Position numbers and translations under genes: made by a program. Source: the human T2T-CHM13v2.0 reference genome, Homo sapiens. From it: a stretch of 64,000 nucleotides of DNA. The DNA lies in assembly GCF_009914755.1 (NCBI RefSeq), contig NC_060926.1; one strand, given 5' to 3'. Positions 36,618-49,162 of this stretch are shown here, piece after piece; the stretch's first letter is position 1; each line of letters opens with the position of its first letter. Under the pieces are notes generated by a model that saw only the letters and a list, made by a program, of their open reading frames with translations, did not search any database and was not told where the DNA came from.

Positions 36618-38640
36618 TATAACTGCCATTATACACTGACAACATGATTGTGAATTTAAAAAATACAAAGAAATTTACAAACTACAAGAACTAATAAGTG
36701 AATTCAGCCAGGTCACAGGATACGAGATGAGCTGTATTTTTATAAACTAGCAACAAACAAGTATACAATACAAGATTTTTAAATACTATTTATAATTTCA
36801 CTGAAACCATAAAATATCTAAGAATAAAATTAATAAACTATATGAAAGAATTTTCCACAAACTATAGACAAAATGAACATTGCTGAAATAAATCAAAGAT
36901 CTAAATAAATAGGAAAATATGCCATGTTCATAGAATAAAAGACTCTAAACTGCTAGATTGTATTAGTCTGTTCTCATACTGCCATTAAGAAATACCCGAG
37001 ACTGGGTAATTTATAAAGAAAAGAGGTTTAAATAACTCACAGTGTTATATGGCTGGGGAGGCCTAAGGAAACTTAAAATCATGGAATAAGGGGAAGCAGG
37101 CATGTCTTACATGGCGGTAGGTGAGAGAAGAGAAAACTAAGGGGGAAGAGCACCTTATAAAACCATCAGATCTCGTGAGAACTCACTCCCTATCATGAGA
37201 ACAGCATGAGGGAAACTGCCCCTATTCCAGTCACCTTTCTCCCTTGACACATGAGGATCACAATTTGAGATGAGATTTGGGTGGAGTCACAAAGCCCAGC
37301 CATATCATAGATGTAAATTTTCCTCAAATAAAGTCCATGTAATCCCAGCAGATTTTTTGTTAAAGTATTTAAGACAATTCCAAAAGTTATATGAGAAGAT
37401 AAAAGACACAGAGAGGCTACAACCTAACCTCTTATAACAAATGTCTTATATTTTTGTAAGGGGAAAAGATATATGAAAGGAACAGAAGAGAGTGCAGAAA
37501 TGGACCTCACATACACAACCTCTTGATTTACACCAGAAGCACCAATGCACTTCAAAGGGAAAATAAATATCTTCAAAATAAATGGTATTGGAGCCATGGG
37601 ATATTCATAAAAAATTATAAATAAATAAATAAACCCTATATGCTCCTTTACATTACACAGGGAAATTAAGTTGACTTAACTGTAGTAGTTAAAAGTATAA
37701 TTTTCCCATAAAACATAAAAGAATATCTTCATGGAATTAGATTGACAAAGATTTCTTATACAAAGCAACAAAATCCCTAGCTACGAAAAGAAAAAATAAC
37801 CTGGTAAATTGTAATTTACCCAACTTGTACATTTTATCATCAAAAGATACCATTAAGAAAGTAAAAATGTAAGCATCAGACTGGGGAAAATACATAATAG
37901 ACAAAGAACTGCACATGTAATATATATTAAACTTACAATACGAAAAAGGACCAAAAATGGCCAAAAGAGAATATCCCAATGGACAATAAACATATGAAAA
38001 TGCGCTTAATATAATTAATCAGGAATATATTAATTAAAAGCATAATATACTACTAAACACCCATCAAAATGGCTCAAAGATGTTTGGATAGCAAATGAGC
38101 ATATTAATAGATGTGCAGTGCTATTAGGAAAATGCAAAACTAAAATTACAATGAGGTACCACTATACACCTGTGAAAATGGGTAAAATTAAAAAGATTGA
38201 CCATACCAAGTGTTGATGAAGATGTGGAAGAATTGAAACTCTTATACCACAAATGGTGGAAAAATAAAATGTTACAACTACTTTAGAATATCATTGGGCA
38301 GTTGCTAAAAACATTAAACATATATCTACATTATGACCCAGCTACTCTAATTCTAGGTATATAATGAAGAAAAATAAGTAAAATTGTTTGCATAGTCAGT
38401 GGCAACATATATTCTGGATTACATGATTATACACACACTTATATACATTTGCTTGTACATAGAATATCTCTGTATTTACATAAGGAACTGTTTTACTTCC
38501 CTGCATAGGTAAGGGACTGACTGGGAGACTGGATGGGAGAGGAAATGTTTTTACACTGAATATCACTTACCATATTTGAATTGTGTACTGTGTGCATGTA
38601 TTACCCATTTCAAAAATGAACCAACTTTTTATTTATTAAA
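36618..38640 (+). mobile_element. old L1M (L1MC/ME-like) ORF2 and 3' end, interrupted by a THE1/MST LTR
   Basis: gaactaataagtgaattcagccaggtcacaggatac, aaagatctaaataaatagg...ccatgttcatag, caagtgttgatgaagatgtggaagaattgaaactct. Confidence 0.8.
36959..37307 (-). mobile_element. THE1D/MSTA-like solo LTR
   Basis: tgtattagtctgttctcatactgc...gagactgggtaatttataaagaaaagagg...cagccatatca; perfect TSD tagat (36954-58 / 37308-12). Confidence 0.92.
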
Positions 38641-38679
38641 AGTCAATCAGGTCTACTCCAGCACACATATTGAGTCCTA

Positions 38680-38872
38680 TTTGATTATGGTATATTGTTC
38701 TACTATTTTATTATTATTGCCATTTATCTGTTGCTGTTCATAATTTATAAATTAAAGTTTATTATATGTATGTATAGGAAAAAAGTATATACAGGGCTTA
38801 GGACTATCTGTGGTTTCAAGTACCCACTGGAGGTCTTAGAATGTATTTCCTGAAAATATGGGAGGATTACTG
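38680..38872 (+). mobile_element. MER44/Tigger7 terminal fragment
   Basis: taatttataaattaaagtttattatatgtatgtataggaaaaa...ggtttcaagtacccactggaggtcttagaatgtat...ggattactg|ta. Confidence 0.82.
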
Positions 38873-39407
38873 TAATTCGTAACAAAAAAAGCCAGTTAGC
38901 GCTAAAATACAACAATAGCATTCTATCATTAACTTGCTGAGAAGCAAGGTCGAGTAAACCTGGAATGAAGATACTAGATTCTATGATGTGACTGCCATAA
39001 ATTTAGTTGCTGCACATCTTCAACTATGCTTCTTCCCACAAGTATTTTTTGCAAGGTTCTCTTCCACCTGTTTCTTCATCAAAGTTTAATTTCTTTTTGT
39101 TTAAGAGCCCAAGGTATCATGTTTTGCTTTCTTTCTTTCTTTTTTTTTTTAATTTTTGTTTGTAATGTCTATCTCTTCAATACAAACAACTAGAAGTGTC
39201 ATGATACAATGAATATTTTTTAGACTAGACAATCTCAGGCATACAGCAGCATACAGTTTATAACCATGACTAAAATTATCCTCAAAAAAGAAAACAAAAG
39301 ATATTAACATTGCCTTAAGCCACAGCTATTTTTGTTAATTTATCACAAATTACCCTTGCACATTGCACTTGCAAGAAATAAATTATTTTCCTTTGTTCAA
39401 TATATTT

Positions 39408-39568
39408 ATGACTGTGCTGAATACTGTGGGCAATTTCAACACAACACTAAGTATTTGTGTATCTAAACATAGAAAAGGTATGGTAAAAATATGGTATTAT
39501 AATCTTACAGGACCACTTCCATATATGTGGTCTGTCATTCACCAAAATGTCATTTGACATATGACTGG
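39408..39568 (+). mobile_element. Tigger3a-like terminal fragment
   Basis: ctgaatactgtgggcaat...gtatttgtgtatctaaacatagaaaaggta...ggtattataatcttacaggaccac...atatgactg. Confidence 0.82.
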
Positions 39569-39629
39569 ACTTATATTGAGACTACAGATAGCAGCTAAAA
39601 AAGTCAGAAGTTTGATTCTGGAATATTGA

Positions 39630-40160
39630 ATTCCCTATTAGAAATGCAAATGGATTGAGTGGAAGTTGAATGGAGATGAAATATATGTTTGGATTCAAAG
39701 GAAAATATCTCTGCTGGTGCTACAAATTTGGGAATCATCAATATATAGAAAGTAGGTTATGTTAAAGCTATGATACAGGATGAAATCACTAAGAGAATAA
39801 GAGTAGGTAGAAAAAGAGTAGGTCCAAGTATTGCATCTCGAAACACTAAAACACTGAGAGGCAGTAGACATAAAGAGGAGATTGATAAGAAAAGGCAAGA
39901 AGGATGTGAATAAAGCCCAGGGAGTTTAGTGTCCCAGAAGCCAAATGAAGAAAATATTTCAAGGAAGAGAGAAGAGTCAACTGTGTCAAATGCTTCTGAT
40001 AAGCAAGAAAAATGAGGAACTGGCTATTAGATTTTGCAATGTGGAAGATATTCATGATAACACTTTAGGTGGAATAGTTTGATTGAAAATCTGATTGGAG
40101 TGGTTTTAAGAGAGAATGAGAAAGAAAAATTGGAGACATTAAGTTTATATAAACTATTCC
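39630..40160 (-). mobile_element. L2 fragment
   Basis: aaatttgggaatcatcaatatataga...gtgtcccagaagccaaatgaagaaa...tcaactgtgtcaaatgcttctgataag...gatttgcaatgtggaag. Confidence 0.8.
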
Positions 40161-40274
40161 AGGATAATGACATGAGTATATAATGATGATTTCAATATCA
40201 GATAACAAACTCTTGTTCACAAGAAATAGACCTTTACTAATATTCCCTATAGTTGAACATAATATTATGTTGAA

Positions 40275-40525
40275 TTAATACACAAAGTTTATTGAAGCAT
40301 TGTGTGCAATAGTAAAACATTGAATAAACTTGGCTAATGAGTAATTATTGGTCAAATAAAATATGGTTTGCTGAGTATGGTGTGTGTAGTATGGAGTACT
40401 ACAAAGCTGTTGGAGAGAAAATGGTAAATCCTACAATGTTTGACATTGAAATATCTCCAAGATATTTTTGGTGAACAAAGCTCATGATGATATAGCATTT
40501 ATAATAAATTCTTTTAGTGTGTATC
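40275..40525 (+). mobile_element. L1ME-like 3' fragment
   Basis: aagtttattgaagcattgtgtgcaatagtaaaacattg...atggagtactacaaagctgtt...aaatatctccaagatatt. Confidence 0.55.
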
Positions 40526-41636
40526 TACGTGTAGTTTAATGACTTAGTTGAACTTGACAGAGCTCAATCATGAAAAAATTATTTTGGTCAATGCTACTAT
40601 ACTACTGAAGTATCAGAATAGTCTGATTTGGGGGTGTTAAAATATTCAGTGTGATCCAAGTCAGAACTTTCATCTCACACCAAATTAAAAGTTGCTGCTG
40701 TTCCTCAGTACTCAGCTGCTCAGGGAGGCATGTTCTGCCTTTTCTATTGTTTTCTCTCTCTCTGCTCCACAGCTAGCTGCTGCTTTGGCTCCTCCAGCAT
40801 GGGCAAGGAATAGAAAGAAATTAACAAAATCACCATGGCTGATTCTGTTGTACTTTGGTATCAGTGTTCCAAATGCTGGCGTACGTCCAAATGCTGGCTC
40901 TTTTCCTCATAAAATGATCATGTGGCTTCTTCAAAGACTTACCCGTTGTGAATCATATAACACTGTTCTTTGACATAAGCACTCACTAGTTGGCCTGTGT
41001 AACCCCCGACTTTAGCCTCTGCTCTGACACCCCTGCAGCCTCTCTCTTCTGGTTGACCTCTTCCTGGCAGGACATCATATTAGGGAGTGTTAAACAAGCC
41101 AGTGTGGTCATACACAATATTTAAGTTATTTTTGGTAAACAATGGGTGCATCCCCCAAAGAAATGTGAGAACTATCTCTGCTCTATCCTGCTCTGCTAAA
41201 CCTACCTCTATTTTACTGTACCCTTGCTGTCAGATGTTATTGAAAATAAATCACAGAAAAATTCTACTGCACACAGATATTTATTAAGCAAATATTCAGA
41301 AGCAAGCAACACAAAATAGTTCTTACAAGGTTCTCTGAAAGTTCAATGATGGTCCAGCTCTCTGAACTTTTAAGTATTCCTAAAAGCACCTTCCTAAAAA
41401 GGTGTATTCATGGCAGACAAAATAACATTCAAGAAGTAGGTGTCTGTCAATCATATAGTAGGCATAAGACAACTAGAAGCCTTCCTAAACTAATGGTTGG
41501 ACACAGAACTATTTAGGAATAAAGCCTTGAGAATGATCCCTAGAATAAATGAAGAGAATTCATTGACTATTTTATCTGAATTATTAAGGATGTTTCTAAA
41601 ATAATTTAGCCAATAAATACACCTTGGTTATCTCTC

Positions 41637-42446
41637 AAAAGCCTCCTGTACTGGTGGATCTCACAGAACCTGAAGAAATATATCCTAAGAGAGAAAAAGA
41701 CATTAATTGTCAGAGCCGCCTGGTGGCCCCCATGAAACAGCTGTTCCTCATCATGGCAGTGCTCTCAGCTTCAGGGACAAAAGGGTGTGGCATGTGGTGG
41801 GCTCTCATTGGCACCAGCTCTGCAAATTTGGTTATCATCAAGGAGGACAAGCCCAACTTTTTCACTGACCACCCCAAGTCTTTCAGGAAATTCAATAAGG
41901 GACCGCATCACCTGCCTGGAAAAGGGCACCACCTGTAGACAGACAGGAGATCATGCTAGACTTCCTGCACCAGAGGAAATGGCACCCTTCTCTCCATTCT
42001 CTACTCTCTTTGGAGACCATCACTACTGTGACCCAGCAGATGTTGGGCTGTGTGAGATCTGCATCATCAACACCCTGTGGTCCCTGCACTTGCTGACCAG
42101 GCTGCAGATATTCACCCACCCACCTGCCGGGCTCATGCAGACCCACCCAGGTGCAGAGTCCCAGCAGGTGGTGGCTGCATAGAGGAAGGAGAGGCAGGAG
42201 CTGAGAAGCATTAGCAAGGCTCTGTTAGATGCTCAGTTTGAGAGCATCTGCCTCACCTTCCACAAACTGCTTACTTCCTACCACACCCCATGTGCTTCTC
42301 TGGCCTGTACGTGGCCTTGCTCAGTGGCCTGCTCTATGCATGTAGACTTGACCCTCTATCTTCACTACCTGTCCTTGCAGTACCAGGGGCCTCAAATGCA
42401 CAAAGTCTACACCAGCTTAATGAAGATGCCCTTCCCTGATGGCAAT
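41637..42446 (+). pseudogene. NT5DC2: processed pseudogene fragment of NT5DC2 (5'-nucleotidase domain-containing 2), C-terminal half, multiple frameshifts and stops
   Basis: Frame-hopping translation KSLLYWWISQNLKKYILR / SRLVAPMKQLFLI / SFRDKRVWHVVGSHWHQL / VIIKEDKPNFFTDHPKSFRKF / DRITCLEKG / FGDHHYCDPAD / EICIINT / MQTHPGAESQQVVAA*RKERQELRSISKALLDAQFESICLTFH / FSGLYVALLSGLL / MKMPF is colinear with recalled NT5DC2 ([161 protein letters not shown]..MKTPF); no introns; GC-rich island in AT-rich DNA. The symbol names the parent gene. Confidence 0.88.
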
Positions 42447-43967
42447 GGGGGAGCGGGAAGAATAACTACCCTAGGTTTACAAAGTGTAAACTAAAAAATG
42501 GAAACAAAATGTCACTCAGTCATTCTAACAGGCTAGTGCTTTAAGATGACTCCAACCCAGCTCTCTTCCATAATGTTGTGAGAAAAGTGTCTCTACCATG
42601 TTCTGAAAGCCCAGCCTTCCCCACAACAACTTTCTTTCCCTCTTCTTGCTATCAAAGCAACTCCATTTAGTCTCTTTCCATCAGACTTTTCCGAAGTGAG
42701 CCATGTGAGTCCACCCACTGGGATCCCTAAGTTCCAGGGTACATTGTTCAAATTCCGCTAAGAAGTCTGAAAACTTCTGCTCTGATTCAATGGCCTGCAG
42801 CTTAGCAACTATCCAGCCAGGAGGCTCACCAAGGACTAAGTTCTCCTCTGGCAAAAAAAAAACCTCTTGTTTCACTTAAGATTTTCTTGGAGCTCTCTGG
42901 GCTTGAGATGAGGTTGGAGGCTGGGAGCTATAGAAGGTGAGGTGGTGGGTGTTTGAAAGCAGGTCCCTCCTCTGTCCAAGGAATGAAAGGGGCAATGGCA
43001 CAGCCCTTCCTAATAAAAAGTAGGCGATTCTCTTGCTCCTCTGCAATGAATTGGGGAACATTTATTGCATGTCCTGAAGATTTTCCAGAAATTTTCCTAG
43101 GCATGTGAAATTACTGCTCCTATAGGTGTTAGAATTCAGATAATATTCACATATAAACTAAAACTCTCAATTAAAATCCAGCAAATATATTTTGTGCTAG
43201 TTTAACAAATACTTATTGAGTGCCTTCCTTATGGCAGTCACTGTCTTTGGCGTAGAATGTGTTTAGGATACAGTCTTTAGTGTCCACTAGTTACCCCTAG
43301 GGAATGGGTGGTGGTTTCCTTTTTTTACCTTTTTCTCTCATACAGTTCTATATTGTGAGAATTTTTTAAACAAAATTCAAAGTTTATAAATTATTTTCAA
43401 AATGATAGCAAAACTTTCTGTATTCTTCTCTAAATACATGCTTATAATTTATTTACCCAATATAAAATTCAGTTACTGTATTCTGAAAATTCAGGATGCC
43501 AGTCATCTTTCCCTTTAGGTTTATGACATTCTATGAGCATTACTTACAAGCTTGAGAGATAAGTTTAAAAAAAACAATCACCGATGTCCTAGTGATTTGC
43601 TCTATTTAGTAAGAGTAAATGCCCCTCTGTAAAGCGTGATTAAACTTTAGAACTTAAAAGGTCAGGTGTAGATTTATGCAAGATAAGACCACGTCTTACT
43701 TGCCAGCTCCTTTAAAAACGACGTTGCTACCTACCTACTTTGTCCTTCTTTGTGTCCCTAAAAAGATCTCTTTGGGATTTATAACAACCAATTAGAAACA
43801 TGTATCCCAGATCTCCTGAGACTCTCACTCATGCAGAGCAATTAAGTGTTCACTACATTCCCTGAAATAATGAGAGATGGATATTTTACTTAAATTTTGA
43901 TAGTTGCAGGAAGTAGAAAAGAGAGTTCACATCAAGTACTACATTGATATGCTCAACCAAATACTTA

Positions 43968-44905
43968 TGCATTAATTATTTATTGCTGTGTAACAAATTA
44001 CTCCAAAACCCTATTAAATAACTAACTTCTATTTTCTTGTAGTTTTTATGAGTCAGGAATCTGGATACGGCTTAGTGTGATGCCTTTGTTTTATGGTCTC
44101 TCATAAGGCTAGAATAAAGATGTTGACTGAGATAGAGTAATCTCAGTGCTCAACTAGGGAAGTGTGTTAGGCTGTTCTTGCATTGCTATAAAGAAATACC
44201 TGAGACTGGGTAATTTATTAAAAAAAAAAGGTTTAATTAGCTTATGGTTCTGCAGGCTGTACAGGAAGTATGGCGCTGGCATCTGCTCGACTTCTAGTGA
44301 AGCCTCAGGGAGCTTTCAGTCATGACAGAAGGTGAAGTGGGAACAGGCAGGTCACATGGCAAAATCAGGAGCAAGAAAGTAGCGGGCAGGTGCCACAAAC
44401 TTTTAAATAACCAGATCTTGAGAGAATTTACTATTGCAAAGACAGCCCCAAGCCATGGAGGGTTCTACCCCCATAACTCAAACACCTTACACTAGACCCC
44501 ACCTCCAGCACTGGGGATTACAATTCTACGTGAGATATGGGCAGGGACAAATATTCAAACTATATCAAGAAGGATCTGCTTCCAAGCTCAGTCATGTGGT
44601 TGTTGGCAAGTTCTCCCTAACCACTGTCCAGATACATCATTACTGTGCCACGTACGTCTCTTCATAGGCCTATTTACAGCATACAACTGGATCCCCTAAG
44701 TCCAAGAGGAGACAGAGAGAGGCCCTCAAAATGAAAGCCACAGTCTTTCCATAACTTAATCTTGGAAGTGATGTCCCATCACTTATTGTAGTCTGTTAGA
44801 AGTGAGTCACTAAATGAACCCACTTTCAAGGGAGGGAGATTACACAAGTGTGTCAATACCAGGAGTTGGAGATCATTTGAGAACATTCTGTAGGCTGCCT
44901 ACAAC
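43968..44905 (-). mobile_element. MLT1F-like LTR split by MSTB
   Basis: tattgctgtgtaacaaattactccaaaac...gtcaggaatctgga...ggatctgcttccaagctca...ttcaagggagggagattacacaag...ggctgcctaca. Confidence 0.82.
44163..44567 (-). mobile_element. MSTB solo LTR
   Basis: tgtgttaggctgttcttgcattgctataaagaaatacctgagactggg...ggttctgcaggctgtacaggaag...caaactatatca; TSD ggaag / agaag. Confidence 0.92.
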
Positions 44906-46584
44906 CTCTTTAACCTTTCTATTCTCTTCTCCTACCATCCCCACTCTCTCAAGATTCCTACTGTCAGCCAATAGTAGTATACCTCTCATTATTTTCTTCT
45001 TCCACCAGACTATAATTCCTTCTCTTTCTCGTTGTAGCATTTCTCCTCAGTTTGAACACCCCCATTTAAAAAAAGAAAAAAAAATTAGTTAAGCAGAATG
45101 TAGACACTCCATTGTTTCTTTCAATATGTATCTTGAAGGTTCTCAGTAGTAACAATAGAACTATGTAAACTTACTATAATATTATACTTAGAATTATTTT
45201 ATATAATGATATTGCAATTAGACTTTATTACCATAACATACTTTTAATAGTTTCAATAATTAAATATATTAGGAAAGAAGCCGTGTTCAATGAAGTCTAT
45301 ATTATCATTGATTATATTTATAATGAGGCTTCTCTTAATGAATTGGGATTCTCAAAATAGTTTTTTTAAGGTAAATTTTATTTAAAATGTGTGTTTGTTT
45401 CCAAAGTCTTTTCTTAATCTTTGTGTGCTCAGTACAAGTTCAATTACAGAGAAGAGGAACACAAACCTTTTGGCGTTTTGGCCAAGAACAATGTTGGTTA
45501 TTTAACTCAATCTTACCTTGGAACAAACTGCCTTCTCAGAAAACATTTTGTTATCTTTTCCTTGTCTGCAGAATCAGTGACGAATAATGCTACATAGCCT
45601 TGAGTGCTCAGTGAACAAATGATGCCTTTGAAGAGGTTTCATGGCTTAATGGCTTTTTCTTTTCACTCTTGATATTGTGATATTTGCTGCTGTTGTTTTT
45701 GGTACTAAGTTAAATTTAAACCCTTTCTGGGCTCATCCAAAAATTCCAAAGGGAATAAACTTTATGTAATATCTCTGACCCAAGCTTTTAACTATTTTCA
45801 ACTTTTGTCTCTGAAGTTTGGAGATAGATTCTTCCTGACCTCTGTAAGTAAGAAGAGAAATAATCTAATCAGTCATCTAACCATCTACAACTTGACTTGA
45901 TCATTCTAAGATTGTCTTGTCCAGGAAGATGAAATTTCAAATAACTTACATTAGTTGTTTAAGACCTTTATGAAAGTCCGTTTTTCTGAGCATTAGACTA
46001 CTCAGCCAGCTTTCATGAAAGGACTCAGGACCTTAGCTAGCTCAACCAGGCTCATCAAATGGCTATTTACTTTTCAAGACAGGGAACCCTGGCATCACTC
46101 TGTCCACAATCCTATATTATTATGTCATTTTTTTTCTTCAGTACAAACAGGCTTTCACAATGAATGAACTACGTTAAGCCAGACATCCAAAATCCCATAT
46201 TTTGTCTTTGTTCCCTCCCTACCTCCAGACACTATTAAGACTCTATCAATGAAATAATATTCTTTAATTTGGTAAGCAATAATCTTATCTACCCGTTACT
46301 TTTTCTTCCTTTATCAAAAATACAAGAATATACTCAATTTGCATTACTTACAAGTGGTGAGAGAACCATGTCAAGGAAAAGTAAGACAAATGCCTCAAAT
46401 AAAAGCACATAAAGTTCAGCAGTAATATTTAATATTACCTGAGATAAAATATGAGACAATTTGGAAGTCAGGCAAGCAGAGAGTGGAGGACTAAGAGCCA
46501 AAGCTATGTTATGTGTGTGGTCTCCTTTCATCAGTTATGTAGGAAAAAAGTAATATAGACTTGTAGAGTTGATTTAAAGAGAGT

Positions 46585-46965
<381 letters not shown>

Positions 46966-48239
46966 TCAGGAAATCTCACCAAAATATTTGCTATCAGGAG
47001 GTTAAAAGCATGAAACATACCACATTGGCTATATTTATGTTTATAAAAATCAGTGTGGATATAATATACTGTCCCTTTAATGTCCCTTTAAGCACTGCTG
47101 TTGTGTATAAAATCCCCTTCCAGATATAGATATGCATTTTCATTGTTGCAGCATCTCTAACAACTCTGATGATCAATTATCTGTCTTCTTCAATTAGAAA
47201 AGAAAGCTATCACCCTTGTTCCGTTTGCTAAAATTGTCCTTGAACACCAAGCTACTGCTCTTCAGATGTGGTCTTTCCATCATTGGACACTTGCCACCTT
47301 GGTAACCAACACTCTGTCTATTCAGCATTGTAGCTTTTGTTTAAACCCAGTGAACTTCACTTATGTTGAAAATAGAAGAGCATTTGAAGTTCTTTTTATA
47401 AAATTCTTGGCCTTCCTTGACAAGAGAACAAAGCAATGATAGACTGAATCTCAGGTAACATGAAGTGAGGCTTCAGGAAGCAAGATAAGGAGCAATTGAG
47501 TGGTCTCCTCTTAACATTATAGTAAGAAGTAAAAAGAAGTAATTTTAATATTCTTCCCTTTCTTTTTGTATTATTTTAATAGAAGACATATAAATAAGGT
47601 TATCCACTATTATTTGGTACTATAATATTTAAAGTCTGACTGTGCCATCAATTTGCCATTTTGTGGAGTTAAGGAAGTTAAAACATATAACTTGGCAAGT
47701 GGGTTACCATCAGTCCAGCAACTATCTTACATCAATAGTATGAATGTATATGAATCTTTGTTATAGAATTATGGTAACCTTATCTTTCCTGTTTACCATT
47801 TTCATTTGGAATAACATAGATTTTTACTTTTTGATGCCAATTCAGTTTCTAGAGTTGTTTGTGAAACCTATTTCCAATTCACGCAACTATACCAAATGCA
47901 ATTTCCTCATTAAAATACCCGTACCTTCATCTATTATAAGATTTAGAGAGACTAAATAAGTCGAAAGAATGGATGTGCATTTATAAAAGTTTATTTTTAA
48001 TCTGAAAAAGACTTACCTATTCTGATTTTAAACTAATTGGTTTTTATTTAATTTGTGCATAGTATACATAGACATTTTTAAAATGTCATAATAATGCAAA
48101 AACTATCCTTAATCCCAACATTCCTTTTCTGGTACACATAGATAGTTCCTATTAGTCTTTTTTGGATATATTTTAGATAATTACTAAAATATCCGCTTTT
48201 AAATGAAAATCATAATAATGTTATTTTCTTGTCGAAGTC

Positions 48240-48903
48240 ATATCAATGATCAATTTTCTATTGCTGCATAACAGATCACCCCAAAAATTAGTAGTTAAAA
48301 ACAATTTATTTGCACATAGCCTCTTCATTTCAGTCTGGGCTCAAGTGTGTGATTCTTTGGCAGAATTTTCTTGGGTTACCTATATAGCTTCAGTGAGGAG
48401 ACAGAAAAGCTGATAGCTGGTAGTCCTGAATGACCTCATTCATATGTTGAGAGAATCAGTAGGAATAAGTGAGAATAGCTGGAATGACTCTTCAGGTGAA
48501 GAAGGCAGCATCCTAGAAGGAAAAAGTAAAAACTGAAAGGTTTTGGGTTTTTGCTCAGAAGTCTTGTGACCTCTTTCTAGGTAACCTGGGCCCAGATAGC
48601 TGGATTCCTCATCAGACATGGGAGGTATCAGTCAGCTCTATTTGGCAAATAGCTGAGAACTGTGGGTGTTCCTAAATTGTATTTATTTAATTTATTTTTT
48701 TATTTTGGGGAGAGTACAACATTTATTTGAAGGATGGTACAAATCAAAGAACTTAAGTGGATGTTTTGATACAACATAACTTCACTTTTGTTTAATTGTA
48801 TTGATCATTTAAAATAAGCTCAGATTCAAGGGGTAGGAAAATATATTCTGTATCTTGATAGAGGAGATTTTCATAATTTGTGGCAGTTTTGAAATCCATT
48901 ACA
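48240..48903 (-). mobile_element. MLT1H-like LTR, interrupted at ~48570-48775
   Basis: ctattgctgcataacagatcaccccaaaaattagtagttaaaaacaa...ctcagaagtc [insert] ...ctcagattcaaggggtaggaa...tttgtggcagttttgaaatccattaca. Confidence 0.75.
48678..48775 (-). pseudogene. FTH1: severely 5'-truncated FTH1 retrocopy (last ~55-70 nt of the 3'UTR plus degenerate poly-A)
   Basis: Reverse complement GTTGTATCAAAACATCCACTTAAGTTCTTTGATTTGTACCATCCTTCAAATAAA differs at 2 positions from the recalled FTH1 mRNA 3' end (GTTGTACCAAAACATCCACTTAAGTTCTTTGATTTGTACCATTCCTTCAAATAAA) and is followed by an A-rich tail. The symbol names the parent gene. Confidence 0.85.
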
Positions 48904-49162
48904 GTTACTGTCAACAATATTATATGTAAAATAAGATTAGAACTTCAGTTGAATATTAATAAAACATGTTTTTAAAACTCTCCTCTAAAAGGAAGAAGCT
49001 AAGTTAAATATTATAATTTTACTGCTGGTAAAATATTCAACCCAAATGAGAATTTATTCGTATTTTAATTTGTTTGCAGAATGTCTGATCGGGTGTTAGA
49101 TACATAGATGTCAGAATAAATATTCAGGATTGCTATTAAACATTTAAGTAGAACACAACAGG

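Noticed and set aside
37975-38200. Apparent duplicated L1 segment (two consecutive aatgcaaa...acaatgag-type blocks)
   Set aside because: Explained by adjacent old L1M fragments or the internally repetitive 3' end of L1MC/ME; not novel.
42681-42875. 64-aa minus-strand ORF as a second pseudogene
   Set aside because: Protein-like composition but no recognisable family and no extension in other frames.
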